A DNA stretch of 64,000 bases from Promethearchaeota archaeon. Lineage in GTDB: Archaea > Asgardarchaeota > Lokiarchaeia > Sigyniarchaeales > SOKP01. The DNA lies in NCBI GenBank assembly GCA_048939995.1, contig JBHLOY010000003.1, forward strand, positions 224,001 through 288,000, in the 5' to 3' direction. A program made the position numbers and the translations under genes. Each line of letters starts with the position of its first letter. Positions within the stretch are counted from its first letter, which is position 1. Below the pieces are notes generated by a model. That model saw only the letters and a list, made by a program, of their open reading frames with translations, was not told the DNA's origin and did not search any database. This document shows positions 49,027 to 59,811 of the stretch, piece after piece.

Positions 49027-51945
49027 TTATTTTACATTTCGATGGCGTTCTTCAATAATATCTAGAAAGGCGCCCACTCTTGTTTCAAACCCTGCATGAG
49101 CTGTATGCGAATCTAGTTCTAGGTAACAAAAAGTATGATTTTCAAGCTTTTGCCGAAAATTATGGTACATAGTACCATCAGGACCACAAGAAAAGCAAGA
49201 TACAAAACAAATATAAAAATTTGGATACTTTTTTACATATTCGATGGCATTATCAATCTCTTGTGTAAAACTCCACACATTTCTTGAATGTGTTTTTCCA
49301 TTGTTTAATACAGGTAACAAATCAGAAGGAATGGCATTATATCCTCTACTAACAATTTTACGGGGAAGCGCTATATTAACATCTGAGGGGTAAACAATAT
49401 AAGGTCTTCCAGCAATGATTACTGTGGGTTTCTTTAATAGTTCTTTCAGTTTTACTTTACCAAACTCGCGGTATTTTTCTCTAAACATTTTGTAGTGAGA
49501 TAAAGCAACTAATCCCGCATTAATACCCACACCTTCTTCTAATCCCAATAAAAAAGCAATTCTCCCAAATTCCTTTAAAGTTGTTCCTATAAGTTCTTCT
49601 GAGAGGCCAATATGAGGTGATAATAATTTATCACTAACATTTTCAAAAGCTGCACGGATGATGTCCGGGATAGTGGTCGTAGAAGGGCATGTATAACTAT
49701 GGATATATCCTGGTGGAATTTTTAATTCAATAACATGAGGTAAGAAAATGTAATCTACATTACGATTAATAAGATCATCTACCGCTCTATGAACTAATTC
49801 ACAAGGATAACATATAGGGGCTTTTGTTTTACTATTACTTGACTTTGAAGAATCCGATAATACAACATTATATCCAAGCTCGTTGATAAATTTAGCATAT
49901 AGTGGGTAAAGTACATGGGATGTTAAAGCCATTGGGATACCTATCGTTCCAAGAGGATCCTTTAATGAACGTGCCCCAAATTCATCAATTGTCATCTTGT
50001 TTCTTAATTCTACAAGATCTTGGCCTTCATTTAGTTTAGTACCTTTTTGGCGTATTATTTTATACCTAGAACATAAACCTCCAAATGGGTATACTTTATT
50101 TCTTATCGATATTCTTTGAATTTTGCAATTGTTTTGACATATTTTGCATCTAAAGGTATCTTTGATTTCATTTTCCCCTTTTGTAAGGTTATTAAGCTTG
50201 TATTTTTCTTCAGATATAATGTTATTTCGCAAAAGATCTCTTGTCATAAAAGCTGTACCCACTGCCCCCATAAGTTCTGGATGTGCTGGAACTATTACCT
50301 TTCGTTGTGAACGAGCAGCAATAGCTAAAGCAACAGATCTATTAAGAGCAACTCCTCCAAGAAAAAGAAGATTATCACCAATATGACGAGGTCCAACAAT
50401 CCGTGAGATGTAATTATCAGCAATAGAATACACTAAACCTGCAATCACATCCTTATAATTAGCTCCCTGTTGAAGTGCATTTCTTATGTCAGTATTAATG
50501 AAGGCAGCACAGCGCTCACCAAATGCTATTGGTTGAGTGCTTTTTAGAGCGATGTCACTTATCTCTTCTACTTCTATGCCCATATCCACTGATGCAGATT
50601 CCTCAAGAAAACTACCCGTTCCCGCAGAACATCCCTCATTCATCGCATAGTCGATTGGTACGCCTTTAAGAAATGAAATAAATTTTGAATCTTGACCTCC
50701 TATTTCAAATACCGTATCAACATTCGAGATCTCTTCTTTAGCGGCTCTAGCATGGGCTAATATCTCATTAAAGCTTCGACAGTTATCTAAATAAACAGAT
50801 ACCATTTCCCTTGCAGAACCTGTTACACCGCATTGAATTAATTTGATAGTATTATCACCAACTTGTTCCATGAGTTTGTTAATACATTGTTTAGTTGCTA
50901 GTATAGGATTTCCCAATGTTCTTAAGTAGATACTTGCCCCTATTGAACCATCTGAGGCATTAAACAATACAGCTTTAGTAGTCGTTGAACCTGCATCTAT
51001 ACCAAGTATATACTTTTCTCCTGCCTTTATTTCTACATGATTATCTAAGTTGGCTCGATAATCCAGAAGAGATTCCGATTCCATAAGAGGTTGATGAGTT
51101 TCAAACTCAATTTCTAACGATTTAAACCATTTTTTATCTTGAATGGAATATTCTTGCAACTCAGACGCAAATAATGATGCACCAAATACTTCAAGATATT
51201 GACTTTCGGGGAGTACTTTTATCTCTGAATCCTTTAAAAACTGCGATAAATTTTTAATAAACACTTTATTTAATGCTACTCCACCTGAAATTACAATTAA
51301 TCTTTTGGGCCATTGAGCGGCTTCTATCATTTCTCCGACCTTTCTAGCTAAATCGTGGATTAAAGTCTTCACAATATCTGCTGGCGTGCATTCTCCCTTA
51401 TTAAGTTTGTGAGTGGCATCACTTTTGCAATGTACAGAACATCTCGTAGCCAATTGCGTAAATTTACCAGTTTTACTTGCTTCAATTCCTTGATCAATAG
51501 ATAAACCCATTCTCTGTAACTGTTGGACAATAAATTCACCCGTACCAGCAGCGCATTTCGTAGTTGAAATAATATTTTTTATAATGCCATTTTTCAAGGG
51601 ATAGACGCTAAATGTTTCCCCTCCTAGAGAGAGAAGAATATCTGGTTTTAAATTATAGAAAGATAAGGCTTTTTCTAAGCATTCTACTTCTGAAAAGTAC
51701 GGTAAATTGAGAAAACTACTTGTAGCTTGGCCAGTAATTACAATTCTAGAACTCTTATCAACTCTATAACGTCTAAATATTTCTAGTACTTTTTTCTTTG
51801 GAGAACCTTCGTGTCGTATAACTTCGCTTAGTATTTCTCCACTCGGTGTTCTTCGAACCCATTTTACGGAAACAGTTCCAATTTCTAATCCCTCATAAAA
51901 AGTTGTTTCACGCCGCTTTATTTCTGAAAGACTCTCATTTGACAT
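49027..51945 (-). CDS. Acyl-CoA dehydratase activase with two BcrAD_BadFG domains + DUF2229 (PlsA-like)
   Basis: KCAAGTGEF, RCSV; GIDAGSTTTK, NEILAH, EIGGQDSK, NEGCSAGTGSF, RCAAF; CYPC, CFSCGPD, TRVGAF. Confidence 0.85.
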   Translation of the reverse strand: MSNESLSEIKRRETTFYEGLEIGTVSVKWVRRTPSGEILSEVIRHEGSPKKKVLEIFRRYRVDKSSRIVITGQATSSFLNLPYFSEVECLEKALSFYNLKPDILLSLGGETFSVYPLKNGIIKNIISTTKCAAGTGEFIVQQLQRMGLSIDQGIEASKTGKFTQLATRCSVHCKSDATHKLNKGECTPADIVKTLIHDLARKVGEMIEAAQWPKRLIVISGGVALNKVFIKNLSQFLKDSEIKVLPESQYLEVFGASLFASELQEYSIQDKKWFKSLEIEFETHQPLMESESLLDYRANLDNHVEIKAGEKYILGIDAGSTTTKAVLFNASDGSIGASIYLRTLGNPILATKQCINKLMEQVGDNTIKLIQCGVTGSAREMVSVYLDNCRSFNEILAHARAAKEEISNVDTVFEIGGQDSKFISFLKGVPIDYAMNEGCSAGTGSFLEESASVDMGIEVEEISDIALKSTQPIAFGERCAAFINTDIRNALQQGANYKDVIAGLVYSIADNYISRIVGPRHIGDNLLFLGGVALNRSVALAIAARSQRKVIVPAHPELMGAVGTAFMTRDLLRNNIISEEKYKLNNLTKGENEIKDTFRCKICQNNCKIQRISIRNKVYPFGGLCSRYKIIRQKGTKLNEGQDLVELRNKMTIDEFGARSLKDPLGTIGIPMALTSHVLYPLYAKFINELGYNVVLSDSSKSSNSKTKAPICYPCELVHRAVDDLINRNVDYIFLPHVIELKIPPGYIHSYTCPSTTTIPDIIRAAFENVSDKLLSPHIGLSEELIGTTLKEFGRIAFLLGLEEGVGINAGLVALSHYKMFREKYREFGKVKLKELLKKPTVIIAGRPYIVYPSDVNIALPRKIVSRGYNAIPSDLLPVLNNGKTHSRNVWSFTQEIDNAIEYVKKYPNFYICFVSCFSCGPDGTMYHNFRQKLENHTFCYLELDSHTAHAGFETRVGAFLDIIEERHRNVK

Positions 51946-52648
51946 TGATTCTCAACTTTGCTATTTTTGGTGATTATTTCGTTAATTTTTTCAATAAATT
52001 AACTCTCTTGTTATAAAATTAAATAATAAGTTATTTCTATCAACAATTAATTTATAAAATTTTCACGTGAAAACACACTATTAAAGGTATTATTTTATAA
52101 GCGCTATCATTAATGATTTTTAAAAATTCTATTAAATTCTCAAATTGGAATAGATTTTATAAAGAAATACATCTTTAATCAAACTAAATTTCATATCAAC
52201 ACTAATTCTGTACTTTAGTTTAAATTTAAAACTGTCAAAGATTAATTTCCTTGATCTTGAAATATTTTTAATATATATTGAACAAGTACTTTTATTTAAA
52301 AAATAGGAGGATGAATTGTTTCAATTTTTTCGTACCGATTTTTGCAAATATCAGATATGGTACAATCTTCTCTTGCTAATCGTATTCAAAATAAAAGTAA
52401 GAAAAAAATAGAAGTAAGGATAATCTTTTAGGAGTCAACACAATTGATCTGATCCAGAATTTTTTAAAATTTTACTAGATATATTGTTAAAAGTTTGTGA
52501 ATCAAGTTAAGTTAAAGTGATTGAATGTCATTTAAATGGAATAATTCTAATTTAGAATTTAAGAGTGTCTAATGAAAAAATCATAAAAAAGATTGATTGT
52601 AATATTCTATGATGAAGTTCACTGAAAAATTATTTAAAGTGGAGAACT

Positions 52649-53896
52649 ATGGGAATTAATATATTATTAGTGAATCCAAATAGGTTTAAAAGTCCCCCAG
52701 TAATCCCTATTGGCTTAGAATATCTTGTAAGTGCACTGGAGAAGCACAATCACAATGTTGACATATTGGATTTATGTTTTTCTGAATCTCCGGAAGAGAA
52801 GTTGACTAAAATGCTGCTTAAAAGAACATACAATCTCGTAGGTTTTACAATCCGCAACATTGACTCAATTAGTTATTTTAATAGCGAGTTTTTTCTCCCT
52901 TCAATGAAAACTCTAATTCAATGTGTTAAGAAACTTAGTATCCCTGTAGTGTTAGGGGGTTCAGGATTTTCAGCCATGCCACAAGAAATCCTAGATTATC
53001 TCGGAGCAGATTATGGAATCATTGGACCTGGAGAAATTATATTTCCTCATTTTTTAGAATTACTTCAATCTCAAAAAGTAAATAAGCAGATTTATGATGG
53101 TTGGCAATACGGTACTGATGCTGAATTAATTCATTTGCGTGGTAAAAAAATTAATTATTCAAAATATTTGTCTGGAGAGGAGATCATTGGATTTGAGACG
53201 CATAAAGGTTGCCCAGATAAGTGTCCTTTCTGCATCTCAGCATGCTCACGAACTTGGTACAAAAAGATTCCAACCATAATAGAAGAAATTAAATTTCTTA
53301 TTAATCAAGGTTATACTCATTTTCAATTATGCGATAGTGAATTTAATTCTGATATAAATTTCTCAATTAAATTTTGCAGATCTTTAATTGAGGAAAATTT
53401 TCCTATGAAATGGAAGCTCTTTATGAAGCCTTATCCTTATAATAAAAAATTATTTAAATTATTACAAAAGAGCAATGCTTATTTAATAGACCTAACTGTT
53501 TTCAGCGATAAAAAAATTCAAAATTTAAATAATTACTCATATGAGGATTTAGAGAAAGTAATCGAATATTGCGAAAAATATGAAATCGAGTTGATGATTG
53601 ATTCGCATGTAGGATACCCATATGAATCACTTGAATCTATTAAAGACATGATTGAGTTTTTTAAAACCCATCATCCCACAAAAGTGAGTTTAAATCCTTA
53701 CTTTCGATTGTATAAACATACCCAATTAGCGTATTTGATTAAAACTGATACATCTCTACAAAAACACCTAACAAAATGTATTCCTAAAGATTCAGATTTA
53801 TTGGAACCTGTTTTTTACAATCAAGTTGATTACACCATCTTAGAAAAATTAATTTCAGGTAATGAGTTGTTTAAAATTGCATGGCTTACGCCTTAA
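52649..53896 (+). CDS. B12-binding radical SAM protein
   Basis: ILLVNPN...PIGLEYL, IRNID, GGSGFS, GPGE, KGCPDKCPFC, DSEFN. Confidence 0.9.
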   Translation: MGINILLVNPNRFKSPPVIPIGLEYLVSALEKHNHNVDILDLCFSESPEEKLTKMLLKRTYNLVGFTIRNIDSISYFNSEFFLPSMKTLIQCVKKLSIPVVLGGSGFSAMPQEILDYLGADYGIIGPGEIIFPHFLELLQSQKVNKQIYDGWQYGTDAELIHLRGKKINYSKYLSGEEIIGFETHKGCPDKCPFCISACSRTWYKKIPTIIEEIKFLINQGYTHFQLCDSEFNSDINFSIKFCRSLIEENFPMKWKLFMKPYPYNKKLFKLLQKSNAYLIDLTVFSDKKIQNLNNYSYEDLEKVIEYCEKYEIELMIDSHVGYPYESLESIKDMIEFFKTHHPTKVSLNPYFRLYKHTQLAYLIKTDTSLQKHLTKCIPKDSDLLEPVFYNQVDYTILEKLISGNELFKIAWLTP

Positions 53897-54103
53897 ATTT
53901 CTCAATGTAGTGTTTGGTGTTGAAAGAGGAAATCTAAGGTTCAGGTTTAGAGCTTGAGGGTTTGCAGAAGTTTGGAATGATTTGAGATTAGAAATGGATT
54001 ATGTTCTGAACAGTATTTTTTATTCTTTTTTGGGGGTTGAGAGATAATTATAAAAATAAATCTGTATTATTATAACTCTATCAATTTTTTAAGTGAGATC
54101 CAT

Positions 54104-54664
54104 ATGAAGGAAGATTTGGTCCCTGTATTTATAGAAGGAGAGAAGATTGCATTAATAGCAAAAAATTCTGCGCTTGTTTCGTTATATGTTAAATGGTTAA
54201 ACGATCCTATTTGTTGAAAATATGCACCATTTATATTTCCTAGGACGGTTGATGACGCTAAAAAATACTTAGAACCATCGATGGGAGTTAAAACACTAAT
54301 TGAATTTGATATATATCATAAAGTCGATGAAAAAGTCATAGGGTGGATAGGGATAAAGGATATAATGTGGTCCCATCGTTGCGCTGAAATTTTTTATATA
54401 ATTGGTGATCGAGACTATTGGGGTCGTGGTTTAGCTACTGAAGCCGTGATTTTAATTCTTAAATATGCTTTTCTGGAGCTGAATTTGCATAAAATTAAAG
54501 CTCTAGCACTTGCTCCCAATACGGCATCAAATCGGATACTACAAAAGCTTGGCTTTTCATTAGAGGGTACTTTTAAGGAGGAGGGCTATATTGATGGTAA
54601 ATATTATGACTTGAAACATTATGGGCTTTTGAAAGCAGAATGGTTAAATAGAGCGGTTGAATGA
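54104..54664 (+). pseudogene. RimJ/RimL-type GNAT acetyltransferase with in-frame TGA at 54215-54217
   Basis: MKEDLVPVFIEGEKIAL...KWLNDPIC*KY... continues in frame into track ORF 54281..54664 (YWGRGLATEA, LNLHKI, LGFSLEG). Confidence 0.85.
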
Positions 54665-54751
54665 TTGTTATTAATGCTAATTAATCAGGTTTAGGGCTGT
54701 AGAGTTTGTGAGCAAAATAGTAATAGCACCTCTAAATCAGGGAGTGATTAA

Positions 54752-56590
54752 TTGAAAGGTTTTAGAGGGAAACTTCTAAATGTAGATTTGACAAATAGGT
54801 CTGTCTCGGAAGAACCACTCAATATTAATATTGCTAAAAATTTCCTTGGAGGCACTGGCTATTGTTGTAGATATTTATATAATAAAATAGAAAAAACTAC
54901 AGATCCATTATCTCCGTATAATGTTTTAATGTTTATGACTGGTCCTTTTTGCGGTTCTAATATCCCTGCAAGTGGGAGATTCACAGTTTGCGCAAAATCT
55001 CCACTAACAGGTATCTGGGGAGAATCAACATGTGGAGGTTATTTTGGGAATGAATTAAAAAAGGCAGGATATGATGGAATAATCATTAATGGATCTTCAA
55101 ACATTCCAGTTTATTTAGAAATTACTGATAATGGTACTCAAATTAGAGACGCTACTTTATTGTGGGGGAAAGGAATTCATGAAACTTCAAAATTATTAAA
55201 AAAAAGATTAGGATCAGATTTCATAAGAGTGGCATGTATTGGTCAAGCTGGTGAAAATTTGGTTAGATTCGCTTCTATAGGTTCTGAGGATAAGTCGGCA
55301 GGAAGAACGGGAATGGGGGCTGTAATGGGTTCAAAAAAGCTAAAAGCTATAGCAATACGTGCTAAAAAAAGAGCTTATGAAGGAGCTAATCCAGAAAAAT
55401 TGAAGGAAGTGATCAAAAAAGCAATAGAAAATATCATGGCTTCTTTTGCTTCTCGTATGTACGGGATTCTTGGGACTTCAGGAGCTGTCGATAAGTTCAA
55501 TGCTGAAGGTGATTTACCTATTAAATATTGGACTTTAGGTACATGGGAAGGAGCATTTAATATTTCTGGAGCAACTGCGTCAGAAAAGATTTACACTAAA
55601 AGATATCATTGTTTTTCATGCCCTATAGGATGTGCTCATAAAGCAATGGTAAGAAATGGTGAGTATACAACTGAATACGAAATTGAAGCCGCTGAATATG
55701 AAACTGTAGCGGGTTTTGGTTCTATGATTTTAAATGACAATATAGAATCAATACTAAGAGCAAATTTTTTATGTAATGATTATGGAATCGATACAATTAG
55801 TGGTAGTAGTACCATCGCCTTTGTATATTACCTATTTAATAATGGAAAAATAGATGCTGTTGATATTGATGGCTTAAAACCTAAATGGGGTGATGTAAAA
55901 CCTGCTTTACAAATGATAAGAAAAATAGCCCTAAGAGAAGGATTTGGAAATATCCTTGCAGATGGTTCTAATGCAGTAGGAAAAAAATTTAATATTCCTC
56001 AAGATGATATTGCTACTGTATATGGCATGGAGGTTCCCTATCATGATATAAGACGTTGTTATGGGATGTCCATAGCATATGCACTTGGAACCCCAAGAGG
56101 ACCATGCCACGAATCATGTGATGTTTTTTATATATTAATCGGTGTCCCTCTCGAAGAATATGGAATTAAATGGATAGATTGTTATCAAAATGATGAGGAA
56201 ATGGCAATAACTAGTGCTCTTGCTCAAGATTATCGGGCTATATATAATTCTTTAATAATGTGTAGTATTGCGAATCCAAAACCTTCAATTATTATTGATA
56301 TGTTAAATGCTGCAACAGGGTTAAATGTAGATATGGATGAGTTTAAAATTCTAGGAGAACGAATTTATATGATTAAGCGTTTATTCAACCTTAAAATGGG
56401 CATTACTCCTGCTGATGATCGACTACCTCAAATTTTACTAAACCCTGTCAATGAGGGAGGATCTGCAGGTAAATCTCCAGATTTTGAAAAGCTTAAAGCA
56501 GCCTACTATAATTATAGAACATTTGATCTTAGAAATGGCTTTCCAAGTTTGGAGAAATTAAAAAGTTTGGGACTGGAAAATCTCATATGA
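54752..56590 (+). CDS. aor: Tungsten-type aldehyde:ferredoxin oxidoreductase family
   Basis: KSPLTG, GYDGII, IGQAGE, GRTGMGAVMGSKKLKA, CFSCPIGC, EYET, GIDTIS, RGPCH, DRLP. Confidence 0.9.
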   Translation: MKGFRGKLLNVDLTNRSVSEEPLNINIAKNFLGGTGYCCRYLYNKIEKTTDPLSPYNVLMFMTGPFCGSNIPASGRFTVCAKSPLTGIWGESTCGGYFGNELKKAGYDGIIINGSSNIPVYLEITDNGTQIRDATLLWGKGIHETSKLLKKRLGSDFIRVACIGQAGENLVRFASIGSEDKSAGRTGMGAVMGSKKLKAIAIRAKKRAYEGANPEKLKEVIKKAIENIMASFASRMYGILGTSGAVDKFNAEGDLPIKYWTLGTWEGAFNISGATASEKIYTKRYHCFSCPIGCAHKAMVRNGEYTTEYEIEAAEYETVAGFGSMILNDNIESILRANFLCNDYGIDTISGSSTIAFVYYLFNNGKIDAVDIDGLKPKWGDVKPALQMIRKIALREGFGNILADGSNAVGKKFNIPQDDIATVYGMEVPYHDIRRCYGMSIAYALGTPRGPCHESCDVFYILIGVPLEEYGIKWIDCYQNDEEMAITSALAQDYRAIYNSLIMCSIANPKPSIIIDMLNAATGLNVDMDEFKILGERIYMIKRLFNLKMGITPADDRLPQILLNPVNEGGSAGKSPDFEKLKAAYYNYRTFDLRNGFPSLEKLKSLGLENLI

Positions 56591-56623
56591 GAGTCCATGA
56601 TGATTAAAGAATATTGAGTTATT

Positions 56624-57640
56624 TTATATCAAAATTTCAATGATCTCTAAGCCATCGTCTCTATCAGCAACATAAGCAATATTATCAATAACTTCTACAT
56701 CATAGGCATGGCCCCCATCATAAAACTGAGCCACTTTTATAGGATTAGATGGGTTACTAACATCAATAACATTTAAACCCTTTCCATAATCCGCAAGATA
56801 GGCTTTTGATCCATTTACATAAGCAGCATTAATAGTACCTCCATTGTCAAATAATCCTACTTGTAGGATATTTGAGGGATCATTCACATCAAGGATTCTT
56901 AATTCCCCTCCACCAGTCCCATGATTACATATATAAACATAATCGCCATAAACATATGGATTCCAATAATCCACTCCATTAGGAGTGTGACTTCCAATTT
57001 GAACTGGATTTAGAACATCACTAACATTTATAATTCTTAAACCACTGTATTCTGAATGATGATCTATTATATATGCTAAATTATCTAAAATATCAACGTG
57101 AATACAAGCTCCTGAAATGCTAAAATGGGTTAATTCTATTACATTTGAAGGGTCACTTACATTTAGAATTACTAAACCCCTTGACCAATCTGCTAAGTAC
57201 CCTATATCACCAATCACTTCTATATCATAAGCAGCACCACTTCCTGTATATTGATCTAACTTAATAGGGTTCGTAGGGTCACTAATGTCGAGGATTTCTA
57301 ATCCTACTTGTGTGTTGGCTAGGTATGCAATCTCTCCAACTACAGATACACAAAGAGGAAGTCCACTTTGATAATATGACCCTAAAACGTAAGGATGAGT
57401 TGGATCACTCACATTAATAATAACTAATCCGCCAGGATTGTTATCCATTGTATCTACTACGTATGCGATGTCTCCATGTACTTCAACATTATAAGCTTGC
57501 CCACCAGTATTAATTTGACCTAATTCTTCTGTATTAAACGAATAGGGCATTAATAGAAGAATCAATGGGATTGCGATACTGGTAATTATTATTAAACTAA
57601 GAGATATGGCAAATATTATTATCTTATATTTTTTTTCCAT
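56624..57640 (-). CDS. LVIVD-repeat beta-propeller protein with N-terminal TM
   Basis: Repeated V.GD.AY.A....GL.I.DVSDP..P. Confidence 0.85.
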   Translation of the reverse strand: MEKKYKIIIFAISLSLIIITSIAIPLILLLMPYSFNTEELGQINTGGQAYNVEVHGDIAYVVDTMDNNPGGLVIINVSDPTHPYVLGSYYQSGLPLCVSVVGEIAYLANTQVGLEILDISDPTNPIKLDQYTGSGAAYDIEVIGDIGYLADWSRGLVILNVSDPSNVIELTHFSISGACIHVDILDNLAYIIDHHSEYSGLRIINVSDVLNPVQIGSHTPNGVDYWNPYVYGDYVYICNHGTGGGELRILDVNDPSNILQVGLFDNGGTINAAYVNGSKAYLADYGKGLNVIDVSNPSNPIKVAQFYDGGHAYDVEVIDNIAYVADRDDGLEIIEILI

Positions 57641-57664
57641 GAAAAACTCATTTTAATTCAGCAA

Positions 57665-57701
57665 TTGTAAGTACGTCTAAGTAAGAAAATTTATAAATTT
57701 A
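57665..57701. repeat. 37-bp direct repeat copy 1, contains TATA-like TTTATAAA
   Basis: TTGTAAGTACGTCTAAGTAAGAAAATTTATAAATTTA; 1 mismatch to 59812-59848. Confidence 0.85.
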
Positions 57702-57798
57702 ATTGCCCATCGTGAATGATTAAGTGTCTCTTAATATAGCTGAAGAGAAAGAGAAGAGAAATTAATCTAAAAGATCTTGAAAAAGAATTTTGAGGGAT

Positions 57799-57879
57799 CT
57801 AATCTTTCTCGGAATCTTTATCATCTTCTTGTTTAATTTTTTTCTTTCTCTTATTCTTCCTTTCTTTTTTCCTCGGCAT
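57799..57879 (-). CDS. Candidate 26-aa basic/acidic peptide
   Basis: MPRKKERKNKRKKKIKQEDDKDSEKD with upstream GTGAGGA. Confidence 0.35.
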   Translation of the reverse strand: MPRKKERKNKRKKKIKQEDDKDSEKD

Positions 57880-58079
57880 GTTAATATTCCTCACTTCTAA
57901 ACCAATTTTGAACCTCAAAAAACTTAGTTCTGAGCATGGAATATGGACAAAAATGTTAAATATTAACTTGTTTTAAATTATATTTGATAATATTCGATCA
58001 AAGATCTAGAAGGCGATTGAAGTAGAAGAAGTGAATTTTATCGTAGTAGATCAACATTAAAAAAAAAAGAGGTAAAAAT

Positions 58080-58820
58080 ATGAAAAAATATCAATGGATA
58101 TTAGTATTAACTTTAGGTATTTGTATTTTTGGTTTCGTCCCACTAGTTCAAGCAAAAACAATTATTAGACCAATTGACGACTATGCTGGAGAATATACTG
58201 TTTTTTTAGATCTATGGGATATGCCAGGGTCCTTCTTAAGCTGGGCTGATCCGGATTCAGGGTTATGCATCCATCCTCATGCTGTTACATGGTTTGGTCC
58301 ATTAGCGGGGCCTCTCCCCATATATAACTTTCTCGTCTGGGAGTATAAACTTTTAGGGCAATGCCAGCATGGAGGGAGTATACAGGAAAGAAATATAGAT
58401 GAAGAAAATACATTAATTTCCATAAACCTACATGTAAAAGAAGTTCCCTTTATGTTATTTGACTATTATCCCACTGGTCCTTACCCCTTTTATTGGAATT
58501 ACGAACCAATATACACAGGTACTATGAACTATAACTTCCAATGTAAGGTTCTTTACAATACAGAAATGTTAAATGATTGGTTTGAAAAGTGGGGAAGATT
58601 ACCATCACTTTTTGAGATATTTTACATCTTTCCTGATCCTATGTTTCCCCCTACTTATCCACCAGAAATGATTCCTGTCACAACATTTATGCATACAACT
58701 GGGGAAGGATATTTAACTGAAGGAGGAGAAGGAATAGTCAAATTCAATCAAGTTGCGATTTTGGATCCAGACACAGGAGATTACAAGTGGCCTGTAGAAA
58801 TAGTAATTGTACTTCCATAA
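58080..58820 (+). CDS. Secreted hypothetical protein
   Basis: Signal peptide (MKKYQWILVL...VQA), GAGGT RBS, Pro/aromatic-rich. Confidence 0.7.
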   Translation: MKKYQWILVLTLGICIFGFVPLVQAKTIIRPIDDYAGEYTVFLDLWDMPGSFLSWADPDSGLCIHPHAVTWFGPLAGPLPIYNFLVWEYKLLGQCQHGGSIQERNIDEENTLISINLHVKEVPFMLFDYYPTGPYPFYWNYEPIYTGTMNYNFQCKVLYNTEMLNDWFEKWGRLPSLFEIFYIFPDPMFPPTYPPEMIPVTTFMHTTGEGYLTEGGEGIVKFNQVAILDPDTGDYKWPVEIVIVLP

Positions 58821-58842
58821 ATTATTTTAATTTTAATTAAGG

Positions 58843-58932
58843 CTATAGTAAATGGAGGAGTTGGTTTAGAAAAAATACTTCAAGATGGAGCGATTACCGA
58901 ACCAATAACTCTCCATTCTATAGATTTTTTTT
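58843..58932 (+). terminator. Long imperfect hairpin followed by a T-run
   Basis: CTATAG..AATGGAG.AGTT.GGTT pairs with AACC...AACTCTCCATTCTATAG, then T8. Confidence 0.5.
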
Positions 58933-59074
58933 AGATCAACATTTTTAACGCGGATTTATATAATCTATTAGCTTTACTTGTGAATACTTCAAGTCAGAAT
59001 TTGAAAACAACAATGACAAGGATTTTTAATATTCATTTTGAGGAAGTTGATGAAAAAGATCTAGGAAAAAAGGA

Positions 59075-59614
59075 TTAACGTTCTTCCTTATTTGACAAAT
59101 GCTTTATAATATTAAATTTCAAATTATTATTTTCTAATACTTTTATAGTTTCAGGATGATAGTCTAAAACTATTTTTTGACTTTCCTTCATTATAGAAGT
59201 AGTTTGTAGATACATCATTTCCATAAAAAGTTCCTTTAATTCTAAATATGTAGAAGAAATTGCTTTTTTGCCATTATAATACACAACGCTATTATAATTT
59301 TCAATTAAAATAATTTCTCCATTCTTTTTTATTCCCCTGAATCTAACAGAAACTGTTCTTTCATCTTCGTGTATAAACCTTTGAGTTAATTCTTTTAAAT
59401 CTTCAGGGTGAACTATTTTATAGAATTCTCTTTTCTTCCATTTAGTTATTTCCTCTTCACTGTACCCAAATATCTCAGCAAATTGTTTATTGAAATATAT
59501 GAGATGGCCTTTTTGAAAAACTACAATTCCTAAACTTGAATTACCAGCAAAATAGAGAAATGCCTCATCGTTTAATTCTGCAGTAATCTCCCCTTCTACT
59601 CCTATTTTTGACAT
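59075..59614 (-). CDS. Stand-alone PAS domain protein
   Basis: GIVVFQ..YFN.QF.EIFGYS.EE...IVHPED...R...K.G. Confidence 0.8.
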   Translation of the reverse strand: MSKIGVEGEITAELNDEAFLYFAGNSSLGIVVFQKGHLIYFNKQFAEIFGYSEEEITKWKKREFYKIVHPEDLKELTQRFIHEDERTVSVRFRGIKKNGEIILIENYNSVVYYNGKKAISSTYLELKELFMEMMYLQTTSIMKESQKIVLDYHPETIKVLENNNLKFNIIKHLSNKEER

Positions 59615-59811
59615 ATTACTCCAACCTTTTATCTTAATCTATTTTAATATATTAGATTTTATTTATAATCTTTTTTGTTCTTGGAATTTTTTTCTAGCTT
59701 TAAAAAATGACTGACCAAATGAATACGAGAGAGATAATAATAAAGATTATTAAATCTTAAAGAATAATTTGAAATCTGATATAGTTTGATCCAGAGTGTT
59801 GCTTTCCAAGT

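Noticed and set aside
52311-52379. 22-codon Cys-containing ORF upstream of the B12-radical SAM as a precursor peptide
   Set aside because: AGGAGG abuts the ATG with no spacing; no supporting motif
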